A stretch of DNA of 62,027 nt, counting the filler. It is 3 parts of 3 records of this genome, joined end to end, with 100 filler letters (N's around TTAATTAATTAA, not from the genome) between each part and the next. Parts side by side here need not be neighbours in the genome. Positions count along the whole stretch, not along the records: positions 1 to 28,738 come from DRR378314_2232; positions 28,839 to 55,346 come from DRR378314_2233; 1 more part is not named here. One strand, written 5' to 3'. Of the stretch, positions 20,913-31,140 are shown in pieces. Every line of letters starts with the position of its first letter. The stretch's first letter is position 1. The position numbers were made by a program, and so were the translations under genes. A model generated the notes under the pieces. The model worked only from the letters and a program-made list of their open reading frames with translations, was not told where the DNA came from and searched no databases.

Positions 20913-23285
20913 ATGAAGTTTTTTTTATCAGCCCTAAAAAAAACCATTTTAAAACATCGAATCAAGGTTGTCCTTTTGTCCATTGTATTGATTTTATGGC
21001 TGTTCTGTTTGCCAAAAAATCTGTTCGAAGACCCTACTTCAACTGTTGTGGACAGTTCGGAAGGCTCCCTGATCGGTGCTCGCATTGCTGATGATGGTCA
21101 ATGGCGGTTCCCGCAAATGGACTCTGTTCCGGAACGCTTCAAGCAGAGTATTTTACTGTTTGAAGACGAGTATTTTTATAGTCATCCCGGGTTTAACCCA
21201 ATTTCCATTATCAAGGCCATTGGGCACAACCTCACCAAAGAAACCCGAAGGGGCGGCAGTACCATCACGCAACAGGTCATCCGTTTGAGCAGAAAAAATC
21301 AAAGCAGAACCTATTGGGAAAAACTTATCGAAGTATTTATGGCCACTCGGCTGGAATTTCGGTACTCGAAAGAGGAAATTTTAAAACGCTATGCCTCCCA
21401 CACACCTTACGGGGGCAATGTGGTAGGGTTGGAGACGGCTGCATGGCGTTATTTTGGGATTCCTGCCCACGAATTGAGCTGGGGGCAATCGGCTGCCCTG
21501 GCGGTTTTACCCAATGCCCCGGCATTGATTTTCCCCGGAAGAAATGAACAAACGTTTCTGGACAAACGAAACCGATTATTGAAAAAATTGTGGGACAAAG
21601 AAATCATCGACCAAACTACTTACGAATTGGCCATTGCCGAACCGCTTCCGCAAAAACCTTTTCCTCTGCCCGATTTGGCACCTCATCTTACCGAACGTAT
21701 CCGAAACGAACATCCGGGCAAACGTGTGACTACTTCGATTCAAAGACCATTGCAGCAACGATTGAATCTTTTAGCAGAACGACATTATCGACAATTGCAA
21801 AGCAACGAAATACACAACTTGGCCATTTTAGTGCTTGATGTGGAAACCCGAAAAGTGCTTGGGTATGTAGGAAATTCTCCTTCGGATGAGACACACGCCA
21901 ATTATGTTGACATCATCACTAAAAAAAGAAGTACGGGCAGTACCTTAAAACCCTTTTTGTTTGCTTCATTGTTGGATGAAGGACAATTACTCCCAAACAG
22001 TTTGGTGGAAGATGTTCCAACAGTAATCAACGGATACAATCCACAAAATTTTAATTTGAAACATGTAGGTGCCGTGCCTGCCAGCAAAGCGCTTTCCCGT
22101 TCGTTGAATGTGCCCGCGGTTAGATTGTTACGAGAATATGGACTTCAAAAGTTCTACAACAAGCTCCACAAAATGAAGATGGAGTCGTTATACAAGCCCG
22201 CTTCCTATTATGGGCTATCGTTGATTCTTGGTGGTGCCGAGAGTTCCCTTTGGGAAGTGACTTCCACTTATGCTTCGATGGCTTCCAGTCTAAACTATTT
22301 TCTGACCCATTCCAGTACCTACAGGAACCAAGTATTTACTGAGGCTAGCTATTTGCAAAACGAGACCAAAGATTTTGGGGAAGAACAGTTTGCACCCTTG
22401 GTTTATGGTGCAGGGGCCATTTATAGCACATTCCAGTCCATGTATGAGGTTAACCGACCAGAAGGTGACGAAAATTGGCAGTTTTTTGATTCCTCCCAAC
22501 CCATTGCATGGAAAACCGGAACGAGTTTTGGTTTTAAGGATGCTTGGGCCGTAGGGGTGACGCCAAAATATGCCATTGGTGTTTGGGCGGGCAATGCCGA
22601 TGGCGAAGGCAGGCCTGGGCTTACAGGCATTACGGCTGCCGCTCCCTTACTTTTTGATGTGTTGGATGCACTTCCCGCTAGCGGTTGGTTCCAAGAACCG
22701 TTTGATGATCTTGTTGAATTAGAGGTTTGTGCCGAAAGCGGATATAGAGCCTCTGTGTACTGTGATGACATCAAAAAAGAATGGGTGCCCACCCACGGCA
22801 CCCGAAGCGGTCCCTGTCCCTATCATCAACAGGTATTTTTGGATGCCTCAGAACAATTTAGGGTGAATTCGGAATGTTATCCTTTGGAAGATATGGTGGC
22901 CAAAAATTGGTTGGTGCTCCCTCCTATTTTGGAATATTATTATACATCTTCCAATCCCAATTATAAGCCTTTGCCGCCTTATTTGGAAGGTTGCTATACC
23001 TTGGAGGAGAATTTGATGGAATTCATCTACCCCAAAAGAAACGAAGCCGTGCTGCTCCCAAAAGATTTGGGCAACAAAACATCAGAAATCATACTAAAAC
23101 TGGCCCATCAACAATCCGATGCCGTTATTTATTGGTATCTGGATCAAACTTTTGTGGGCAAGACCGAAAACTTCCACGAGCTCATCTTGGCTATTGAACC
23201 AGGGGAGTACACCCTTACGGCAGTGGACAATCAAGGCAACCGACTAAAGCAGTTGGTGGAAGTGCGTTATGCTTCGGGGAACTAG
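20913..23285 (+). CDS. pbpC: Penicillin-binding protein 1C
   Basis: Transglycosylase motifs (EDEYF, GGSTITQQ), STLK, SLN, KTG; directly downstream of the A2M gene; start approximate. Confidence 0.92.
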   Translation: MKFFLSALKKTILKHRIKVVLLSIVLILWLFCLPKNLFEDPTSTVVDSSEGSLIGARIADDGQWRFPQMDSVPERFKQSILLFEDEYFYSHPGFNPISIIKAIGHNLTKETRRGGSTITQQVIRLSRKNQSRTYWEKLIEVFMATRLEFRYSKEEILKRYASHTPYGGNVVGLETAAWRYFGIPAHELSWGQSAALAVLPNAPALIFPGRNEQTFLDKRNRLLKKLWDKEIIDQTTYELAIAEPLPQKPFPLPDLAPHLTERIRNEHPGKRVTTSIQRPLQQRLNLLAERHYRQLQSNEIHNLAILVLDVETRKVLGYVGNSPSDETHANYVDIITKKRSTGSTLKPFLFASLLDEGQLLPNSLVEDVPTVINGYNPQNFNLKHVGAVPASKALSRSLNVPAVRLLREYGLQKFYNKLHKMKMESLYKPASYYGLSLILGGAESSLWEVTSTYASMASSLNYFLTHSSTYRNQVFTEASYLQNETKDFGEEQFAPLVYGAGAIYSTFQSMYEVNRPEGDENWQFFDSSQPIAWKTGTSFGFKDAWAVGVTPKYAIGVWAGNADGEGRPGLTGITAAAPLLFDVLDALPASGWFQEPFDDLVELEVCAESGYRASVYCDDIKKEWVPTHGTRSGPCPYHQQVFLDASEQFRVNSECYPLEDMVAKNWLVLPPILEYYYTSSNPNYKPLPPYLEGCYTLEENLMEFIYPKRNEAVLLPKDLGNKTSEIILKLAHQQSDAVIYWYLDQTFVGKTENFHELILAIEPGEYTLTAVDNQGNRLKQLVEVRYASGN

Positions 23286-23357
23286 ATGTTCTCTGTAGGT
23301 TGAAAACCAAAAAAAACTGTTGGTTTAGATTAAACTACATTTGATTAGCTTTGTGAA

Positions 23358-24122
23358 ATGGCGAGAAACAATTGGTCAAAAGAAGAAACTATTGTTGCTT
23401 TTAACGTGTATTGTAAGATACCTTTTAAAAGTAGTAGTAAGACCAATCCAACCATTATAAAATACGCAAATATTATAGGGCGTTCTCCGTCAGCACTGAA
23501 TATGAAGGTTGGAAATTTTGGAAGACTTGACCCTGAATTGAGAAAACAAGGAATCGTTGGTTTAGGAAATGGCAGTAAACTTGATGAGATTGTTTGGAAT
23601 GAATTTAATGGAAACTGGGAAAAACTTGCTTTTGAAAGTGAAGAATTGATTGCTAAGTTTCAAAACAAAACCATTGAAGAAAGTGAAGGAATAAATTTAG
23701 ATGATTTACCCGAAGGAAATGAACGAGAAACAATTGTAAAAACAAGGGTCAATCAGAGCTTCTTCAGAAGCACAATACTTTCATCTTACAATTTAAAATG
23801 TTGCGTAACAGGACTATCAATACCTGATTTTTTGGTGGCTAGTCATATAAAACCTTGGGCAAAGGATAAAGAGAACAGAATCAATCCACATAATGGACTC
23901 TGTTTAAACTCTATTCACGATAAAGCATTTGATAAAGGTTTTATTACAATTACACCTGATTACAAAATTGTACTTTCAAGTCTTTTTGAGAACTATCCAA
24001 ACGAACAAGCTGTATATGACTTTTTCAAAAAACACAAAAACCAAAAAATCAATTTGCCTAATAGGTTTTTGCCCTCAAAAGAATTTTTAGAATATCATTA
24101 TGAGAACATTTTCATCAAATAA
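23358..24122 (+). CDS. HNH endonuclease (putative restriction endonuclease)
   Basis: RVNQSFFR...CCVTG...ASHIKPW...NGLCL...HDKAFDKG; separate ~100-aa N-terminal domain; AT-richer than neighbours. Confidence 0.88.
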   Translation: MARNNWSKEETIVAFNVYCKIPFKSSSKTNPTIIKYANIIGRSPSALNMKVGNFGRLDPELRKQGIVGLGNGSKLDEIVWNEFNGNWEKLAFESEELIAKFQNKTIEESEGINLDDLPEGNERETIVKTRVNQSFFRSTILSSYNLKCCVTGLSIPDFLVASHIKPWAKDKENRINPHNGLCLNSIHDKAFDKGFITITPDYKIVLSSLFENYPNEQAVYDFFKKHKNQKINLPNRFLPSKEFLEYHYENIFIK

Positions 24123-24123
24123 T

Positions 24124-24267
24124 ATGAGCTACGGAATACAATCCTTCCCTAAAAATTACATCTTCAAAACAACGAGTATAGCAAAAACGGCCCGCATGAT
24201 TGGTAATGCCGTACCACCAAAATACGCAGAAGCGATTGGGAAAGCTATTGTGAATCATCAAAGATAA
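24124..24267 (+). pseudogene. C-terminal fragment of a DNA (cytosine-5)-methyltransferase
   Basis: Hand translation MSYGIQSFPKNYIFKTTSIAKTARMIGNAVPPKYAEAIGKAIVNHQR*: motif IX tail (QSFP) and motif X (IGNAVPP); below the ORF-track cutoff. Confidence 0.8.
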
Positions 24268-24356
24268 TTCTTAGGTACAAGATTCTTCTCTCAAATTATT
24301 GATCAACTACAATCAGCTATCGGTAAAAGTACGCTCAGCGTCGGGCGAATAATTAA

Positions 24357-25658
24357 TTATTTCTTCCGCATAAAAATGGTCATCGGAACGCCGGTAAAAT
24401 CAAAATTCTGCCTGATTTTGTTCTCCAAAAATCGTTTATAAGGATCCTTCACATACTGGGGCAAGTTGCAAAAAAAAGCAAATTGCGGGTATGGTGTGGG
24501 CAATTGGGTGCAAAACTTGATCTTAACGTATTTCCCTTTGGTAGATGGAGGTGGTGTTTTTTCAATGATGGGAAGCATTATATCGTTCAATTTGCGGGTC
24601 GGGATACGTTTTGAACGGTTCTTATACACCTCCACGGCAGTTTCTATCGCTTTGTAAATCCGTTGTTTGTTTAGCACGGAAACAAAAAGAATCGGCACGT
24701 CTTCAAAAGGTGAAATTACTTCTTTTATTTTGGCAGTATATTCTTTTACCGAATTAGTTTCCTTTTCCACCAAATCCCATTTGTTAACCAAAATCACAAT
24801 TCCCTTGTTGTTGCGCTGCGCCAACCAAAATATGTTTTGCACCTGCCCATCAAAACCTCTGGTCGCATCCAACATCACAATACAAACATCGCAATACTCG
24901 ATGGCCCTAACGGAACGCATAACGGAATAAAATTCCAGATCTTCCTTCACTTTGGCTTTTCTACGGATGCCTGCCGTGTCCACCAAATTAAATTCAAATC
25001 CAAATCGATTGTATTTGGTGTCGATACTATCGCGTGTAGTTCCCGCAATATCGGTTACAATATAGCGGTCCTCTCCTATCAACGCATTGATAAAGGACGA
25101 TTTTCCCGCATTGGGCCTTCCTACCACCGCAAAACGAGGCAATTCGCTTTCCTCTTCTTTTTCTTCTGGAAGCACTTTCACCAAGGCGTCCAACAATTCT
25201 CCTGTACCGCTACCATTAATGCTAGACAGGGGGTAGTATTCACCCAGTCCCAAGGAATAAAATTCCACGGCATCGGCCATACGTTTGCTATTATCGACTT
25301 TATTTACCGCCAAAAAGGTAGGTTTATCGACTCTTCGCAACAATTTGGCGACATCTTCATCCATTCCCGTTACGCCAGATTCCACGTCAACCATAAAAAT
25401 GATGGCATCTGCCTCATCAATGGCCAATTCTACTTGTTTGTCGATTTCCTTTTCGAAAACATCGTCGCTGCCCACAACATAACCACCAGTGTCAATGACA
25501 GAAAACTCCTTGCCGTTCCAGTCACTTTTACCGTAATGACGGTCTCGCGTAACACCGCTAACGGCATCCACTATCGCCTCACGGCGCTGAATAAGTCGGT
25601 TAAAAAAGGTGGACTTCCCAACATTGGGTCTTCCTACAATGGCTACGATAGCTCCCAT
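24357..25658 (-). CDS. der: Ribosome biogenesis GTPase Der (EngA)
   Basis: Two G domains ([32 protein letters not shown]) plus KH-like tail; start at MGAIVAI. Confidence 0.97.
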   Translation of the reverse strand: MGAIVAIVGRPNVGKSTFFNRLIQRREAIVDAVSGVTRDRHYGKSDWNGKEFSVIDTGGYVVGSDDVFEKEIDKQVELAIDEADAIIFMVDVESGVTGMDEDVAKLLRRVDKPTFLAVNKVDNSKRMADAVEFYSLGLGEYYPLSSINGSGTGELLDALVKVLPEEKEEESELPRFAVVGRPNAGKSSFINALIGEDRYIVTDIAGTTRDSIDTKYNRFGFEFNLVDTAGIRRKAKVKEDLEFYSVMRSVRAIEYCDVCIVMLDATRGFDGQVQNIFWLAQRNNKGIVILVNKWDLVEKETNSVKEYTAKIKEVISPFEDVPILFVSVLNKQRIYKAIETAVEVYKNRSKRIPTRKLNDIMLPIIEKTPPPSTKGKYVKIKFCTQLPTPYPQFAFFCNLPQYVKDPYKRFLENKIRQNFDFTGVPMTIFMRKK

Positions 25659-25728
25659 CAGGTTTAATTTTTGGCAAAAATACCATTTATTATGAAGAAA
25701 AAATGATACCTTTTTCAATCATTTTCAA

Positions 25729-26250
25729 ATGATTATGAGCGACTTGACCAATGAGATAGTTTTACGGCCCCGTTTTCGTGTCTCCCTAAGAACCAATTTG
25801 GAGAAGTTAGAAGCCATTTTTGATAGCGCTACGGCCAATTCTTTTGTCATCAAAAGGCTGGATGAACACATCTTTATAAAATTTAAAAAGGCGGAAATCA
25901 ACTTTTGGTCCCCTCAACTTCACTTGGAACTTTCTTCTTTTGAGGAAGGTGTGAGCAACATTCGTGGCGTGTTTGGGCCCAATCCTACGCTTTGGACGTT
26001 TTTTATGTTCCTGCATTTTGGCGTGGGCACCCTTTTTATCATTTTGGGCATTTTTGCTTATTCCAACTATTCTTTGGGCAAGGATATTACCTTATTTTTA
26101 GTGGTCATGTTCTTTTTGGTCGTGATTTGGTTTGCACTTTACGCCTTTGGTCGCTTGGGAAGAGCTAAGGGAAAAGGCCAAATGGAACAACTGAAACAAT
26201 TTGTCCGGGATACCATTGCACCTTTTGAACAAATTAACAATGAATCCTAG
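25729..26250 (+). CDS. Conserved hypothetical membrane protein
   Basis: LRPRF, FWSPQLHL, FGPNPTLWTFFMFLH; two TM helices. Confidence 0.7.
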   Translation: MIMSDLTNEIVLRPRFRVSLRTNLEKLEAIFDSATANSFVIKRLDEHIFIKFKKAEINFWSPQLHLELSSFEEGVSNIRGVFGPNPTLWTFFMFLHFGVGTLFIILGIFAYSNYSLGKDITLFLVVMFFLVVIWFALYAFGRLGRAKGKGQMEQLKQFVRDTIAPFEQINNES

Positions 26251-27128
26251 CCATTGTACCCAAAACGCCTGAGCTGCTGGGAATTGCTGCGCCAGTTCTT
26301 GTTCACTTTTACATACAGTTCGATGTGCACTTGCTTGGCAAAGAATTTTTCGAGGTCTTTACGGGCCTCTACTCCCACCTTTTTAATTGCGGCCCCCTTA
26401 TGCCCTATGATGATTCCTTTTTGGGTATCTCGTTCCACCATGATTACGGAACGAATACGGATAATATCCTCATCTTCCAAAAACTCTTCGGTCTCTACCT
26501 CCACGGAATAAGGAATTTCCTTTTTATAGTATAGCAAGATTTTTTCACGAATGGTCTCGTTCACAAAAAAGCGTTCGGGCTTGTCCGTGATTTGATCTTT
26601 TGGATAAAATGGAGGTGCTTCTGGCAAGAGTTCCAAAATACGGTTGAACACTTCGGTAACATTAAAGTTTTCCAAAGCGGATATGGGATGAATTTCTGCA
26701 TTGGGCAATTGCTCTTGCCAATATTGCATTTGTTCTTCCAACTTCTGCTGATCGGATTTGTCAATTTTATTGAGGAGCAACAAAACGGGAATCTTGCTGT
26801 TCTGTATTTTTTTGAAGAAAGATTCGTCCTTGAGGGCTTTTTCCCCAATTTCCACCATGTACAACAGCACATCGGCGTCCTCAAAAGCGGATTTGACAAA
26901 ATCCATCATGGAGCTTTGCAGCTCGTATGCGGGTTTTATGATTCCAGGGGTGTCGGAGAGAATCATTTGGAAATCATCTCCATTCACGATGCCCAAAATA
27001 CGGTGACGGGTGGTCTGTGCCTTGGAGGTGATAATGGAAAGTTTCTCACCCACAAAGGCATTCATCAATGTAGATTTACCCACATTGGGATTACCTATAA
27101 TATTTACAAATCCTGCTTTATGCGCCAC
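26247..27128 (-). CDS. era: GTPase Era
   Basis: GNPNVGKS, QTTR, DTPG, NKID, KH domain IIIGHKG; probable GTG start at 27128. Confidence 0.97.
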   Translation of the reverse strand: MAHKAGFVNIIGNPNVGKSTLMNAFVGEKLSIITSKAQTTRHRILGIVNGDDFQMILSDTPGIIKPAYELQSSMMDFVKSAFEDADVLLYMVEIGEKALKDESFFKKIQNSKIPVLLLLNKIDKSDQQKLEEQMQYWQEQLPNAEIHPISALENFNVTEVFNRILELLPEAPPFYPKDQITDKPERFFVNETIREKILLYYKKEIPYSVEVETEEFLEDEDIIRIRSVIMVERDTQKGIIIGHKGAAIKKVGVEARKDLEKFFAKQVHIELYVKVNKNWRSNSQQLRRFGYNG

Positions 27129-28482
27129 CTTTCTTTCTTTTTTCAAAATATTGTTTGGATGCTGCGTTCACCTTTGGTGAAAGATACAACACAGCGATCA
27201 TATTGGGTATAACCATGAGTGCATAAGAGAGGTCTATCAGGTTTTTTACCAATTTTAATGATGCGATTGCGGCAAAAACAATCATAATGATAAAAAACAC
27301 ATTGTACCATTTTCCGATTTTTGCATTCGTCAAAAATGACAAGCTCTTTACTCCATAGTAGGAATACGTGAACAATGTTGACAATGCAAATGCGGCCACA
27401 ATCACCATCAGCAGTATATCTCCGATGCCATAAAGGGTTGTTTCAAAAGCGGACATTGTCATTGTGATTCCGCTACCATCCTCTAGGTAAGCACCACTCA
27501 AAATAATGACTACGGCGGTAAAGGTACATACTAAAATCGTATCAATGAACGGGCCCAACATCGCCACAAGCCCTTCTTTGGCAGGTTCATCATTTCGGGA
27601 TTGCCCGTGGTACATGGGTGCACTACCCAAACCTGCTTCGTTGGAGAACATAGCTCTGCGGACCCCAACAATCACCAAGCCCCAGAATCCTCCTGTAACC
27701 ATGGTGTCGAAGTTCCAGGCTTCGACCAATATCATTTTTAGCGCTGGCCAAACTTCACCTGCATGACTTGCCATCACAAAAATGACCGCCAACAGGTAAA
27801 TCCCTACCATAAATGGAACAATGGCGGATGCTACTTTGGCAATCTTAGAAAGTCCACCAAAAATTACAATGGATGTAATTATCGCCAAGAAAAAACCAAT
27901 TCCGAGTTTCCAATTATACTCGCTGGTCGCCCAAATCGTTTCGTGAGGTTCAACCACGCCCATAAAGGCCTCGGTAAACTGATTGGCGGTAAACACACCC
28001 AAAAATCCGAACAGTCCACAAATACTGAAAAAAATGGCCATGGGCTTTGCCCACTTTCCCATTCCTTGTGTAATGTAGAACATGGGACCGCCCTGCATTT
28101 TCCCATCAGAATCGGTTCCTCGATACATAATGGCCAAGCTACCCGAATAATATTTGATGCCCATCCCCAAAAGTGCAGTCATCCAAATCCAAAACACCAC
28201 ACCTGGTCCTCCATCGTGAATGGCAATGGCCACTCCCGATATATTTCCCAGTCCAACTGTAGCAGCTACTGCTGCAGAAAGCGCCTGAAACGAGCTTACA
28301 TCTCCTTTTGCATTTTTATCATCATATTTTCCGGAAACCACCGCAATGGCATGTCCAAAATGGCGAAAGGGCGCAAATTTGGAATAAAAAGCCAAAAACA
28401 GTCCTCCCCCAATAAGGAGGATGAACATGGGCCACTCGGTATAGGGCAAAAGTGAGGATATAAAATCGTTGATTGCGTCCAT
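27118..28482 (-). CDS. Alanine/glycine:cation symporter (AGCS family)
   Basis: ATVGLGNISGVA, GGPGVVFW, GGPMFYI, FSNEAGLGSAP; multiple TM helices. Confidence 0.93.
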   Translation of the reverse strand: MDAINDFISSLLPYTEWPMFILLIGGGLFLAFYSKFAPFRHFGHAIAVVSGKYDDKNAKGDVSSFQALSAAVAATVGLGNISGVAIAIHDGGPGVVFWIWMTALLGMGIKYYSGSLAIMYRGTDSDGKMQGGPMFYITQGMGKWAKPMAIFFSICGLFGFLGVFTANQFTEAFMGVVEPHETIWATSEYNWKLGIGFFLAIITSIVIFGGLSKIAKVASAIVPFMVGIYLLAVIFVMASHAGEVWPALKMILVEAWNFDTMVTGGFWGLVIVGVRRAMFSNEAGLGSAPMYHGQSRNDEPAKEGLVAMLGPFIDTILVCTFTAVVIILSGAYLEDGSGITMTMSAFETTLYGIGDILLMVIVAAFALSTLFTYSYYGVKSLSFLTNAKIGKWYNVFFIIMIVFAAIASLKLVKNLIDLSYALMVIPNMIAVLYLSPKVNAASKQYFEKRKKGGA

Positions 28483-28577
28483 AAAGTAAAAAGGCCGAAT
28501 TTATGGAATTTGGGCGGGAATGGTACTAATAGAAAAGGAATATTAAATTTCGTTTGGAAATGACGTAAAAAGCATCG

Positions 28578-28585
28578 TATATTTG
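28578..28585 (+). promoter_or_regulatory. Bacteroidota promoter for the tRNA locus
   Basis: TATATTTG (-7) with TTTG at 28553-28556 (-33). Confidence 0.6.
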
Positions 28586-28595
28586 CCGTCCATAT

Positions 28596-28639
28596 CGCGG
28601 GGTAGAGCAGTACCCTTCGATGAAGCTCAGGCCAAGGTA
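28596..28639 (+). pseudogene. Degenerate tRNA-fMet copy interrupted in the D-loop by a palindromic element
   Basis: CGCGGGGTAGAGCAGTA identical to 28702-28718, then CCCTTCGATGAAGCTCAGGCCAA before GGTA; no anticodon or T arm visible. Confidence 0.7.
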
Positions 28640-28701
28640 CCTACACCATCTGAGCATTTTATTGAAAAACGACGTTTCCAAAAGAAACATAAAACATATA
28701 T

Positions 28702-28738
28702 CGCGGGGTAGAGCAGTAGGTAGCTCGTCGGGCTCATA
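28702..28738 (+). tRNA. Initiator tRNA-fMet(CAT), 5' half, cut by the contig end
   Basis: CGCGGGGTAGAGCAGTAGGTAGCTCGTCGGGCTCATA: C1 start, GGG in the anticodon stem, CAT anticodon. Confidence 0.92.
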
Positions 28739-28838
28739 NNNNNNNNNNNNNNNNNNNNNNNNNNNNNNNNNNNNNNNNNNNNTTAATTAATTAANNNNNN
28801 NNNNNNNNNNNNNNNNNNNNNNNNNNNNNNNNNNNNNN
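28739..28838. other. Artificial contig linker
   Basis: 44 N + TTAATTAATTAA (stops in all six frames) + 44 N; composition changes abruptly across it. Confidence 0.98.
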
Positions 28839-31140
28839 AGCACTTTTCGCCTCAGGCTGCTGCGACTGCAGCGCGCGGAGTTTGTCACGGATGCGCACCC
28901 CTAGCCCAGACCGACAGGGGTGGTGCCAACGAATCGAAGGCGCGGCTCCGGTCACCGCTTGCTACGCGAGAGCTGCGCGAGTTTTTCCTGCCCCGTGCCG
29001 CTGCTGCCAAGGTTTGTTTTTCGCACGCAGCTTGGTGCTTGTTGGCGCTTCTGATGGCTTCGTTCGTGTTTCCGTGCATATGCCGAGCGGATCTAAGAGA
29101 GAATCAACACTGACAAACCACAGGACTTGCTTGATTCTGGGGTTTCTCTGAATCGTACTGCGGCGGTCTACAGCCTGCGCAGCGCACGCGCACACGAACG
29201 CGGGGGGCGCGTGTGCGCGTGGCTCACGGGTGCAGCCTGCTGATCGTATGTGCGAAGCAGAGAACGTGCGTGTGTGCGACCACGTTCTTCTCCGCCACAG
29301 CTGCCCGCACGCTGGAGTTATGGCACGCGGATATGCAGGTACTGCTGCGATAATTATGAGTAGCTTTGCGTCGCCATTTTTTCTCGGGATCGTTTCCCCG
29401 TTTCGTTTCCCATTCTGGTTTCCGCGCGGACCTTAAGGCATGCGTTCTGAGTTTTTTTGCGGGCGAAGTGCTCTGCCTGCCCCTGTGCTGCGGCGGGCAA
29501 TGGTTCCCGTGCGCTAGCTCCCAGCCTGGTTTCGCCTGCGCTCCTCGAGCTTCCTTCCTCGGATGCGCGGGCTCCCGCTCATTCGAGCTGTTGGTTGTTC
29601 AGGTGTGCACGTGCACCTCGTGGGCGGCTACGCGTGCGAACCGGAGTCGCCAAGCTCGAGGCGTGGCTGTGCGCCTCTGTCTTCACGGAAGTCGTCGCTC
29701 GTCGTGCGCGCCGGCGCGCCGTGGCGGTGTGCTCCCACACGACCCGCCTCCTGCGTGCAGGAGGCCGAGAGGGTTGGGCAGCACCGTTTGGTGCGGCCCG
29801 TTTCTCTGCTGAAACGCTGTGACACCAATGTGCGCGCTTGCTGATGATTCTATGCGGCTGTGCGCAGTGACGCTTGCCCGCGCTTCGCCCTTTGTGGCTG
29901 TGGCTGGCAATGCTCCTGCTGCACGTTGCTCGTTTCACGCACGCCGCGCGCCTGGTCTGCAGTGGTTCGTGGGGGGCTTCTCGGCAAGCTGCTTGGCTTG
30001 CGCCCGTGTGGGTCGCCGCTGCCTTGCGCAGGCGCGCCTGAGCGGCAGCTTTCCGCGGGACAACCCGTACTCATCACCCTTTCCGGTGACCGTGGACGTA
30101 TTCTGAGTCATAGCCGCGCAACATTCAAACCACAGAGCTTATTGTCGCCCTGCGAACGCCTGGTGGGCTCATCCTCACCGAGCGGAGCGCGTGACCGCAG
30201 CGGTGCTGGACGCTGATCTGGTTACCAAGTCGCGATTCCTTCCCGTGTTGCCACGTTCACGTGCGGGCACTACGAGCTCATATTTGTAGTAATTCATTCC
30301 TTCTTGTGTTCGTGAGAGAAAACAATCTTTTAACCCGGGTGGGTGGGGGTCCATGCCTGCTTGCAAATGCCCCAGCATTGAGGGTGCGAAGACCATGGCG
30401 TCCTCAACTGCGTAGAACTGCTACCTTCCTTGTGCTACAGAACTCGATCTCTTTCAATCGGTAGATTCGACGGATACAACTTAGAAAGTTGGTCTATCGG
30501 GGTCAAAATATAGTGCTCTTTTATCACTCGTTGGCGGAGAACAACCTTCTGACTTGCGTTTTGGCGGTGTTTCGTTGCGCTGTTTCCATCCTCTCTGCTT
30601 TGTCTTGGCACAGACGTTGCATCGCCATGGGCGGTGGTAGGAAGCGGATGACCACAGCAATGCGACGCATAAAGCTAGGGCGCCTGCGGAATGCACCGTG
30701 AGCTCTCGAGTGTCCTTACTGCCCTTTTGTAGGTACGTGCGCGTGCACACCGCTTCCACGTCACGCACAGCTAGTGGCCTGCGTCAAGCTTGCTGCGGGC
30801 GGGATCCTTCCCCTCCTCTCCTCCCCCTCTCTACGATGCACGCAGCAAATGTAAAAATCATGCATAGGGGATCGTTCTTACATGCGTGCGTGCGTGCTCC
30901 GCCAAGCTCCGATAGTTCTCGAGTTGGGCTACTTGGAATCGTTCTCGCGGGTGAAATGGCAGTGAAGTGCGATGCAAGGCCGCCAGAGGCCTTCGGGTCC
31001 GCAACGAATGCCGTGCGCGTGTACCTGCTTAGCCATGGCATGGGTGTCCGCCGCCAATTTTCTTGACGGTTTCCCTTCGGCTGTCTTGTGTTGCCGTGTA
31101 TTGCGTTCGTGAGGAATGCCAAGAGTGTCAATACATGTAC

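Noticed and set aside
15344..23285. Alpha-2-macroglobulin plus PBP1C as a novel system
   Set aside because: Well-known conserved gene pair with a canonical CxEQ motif
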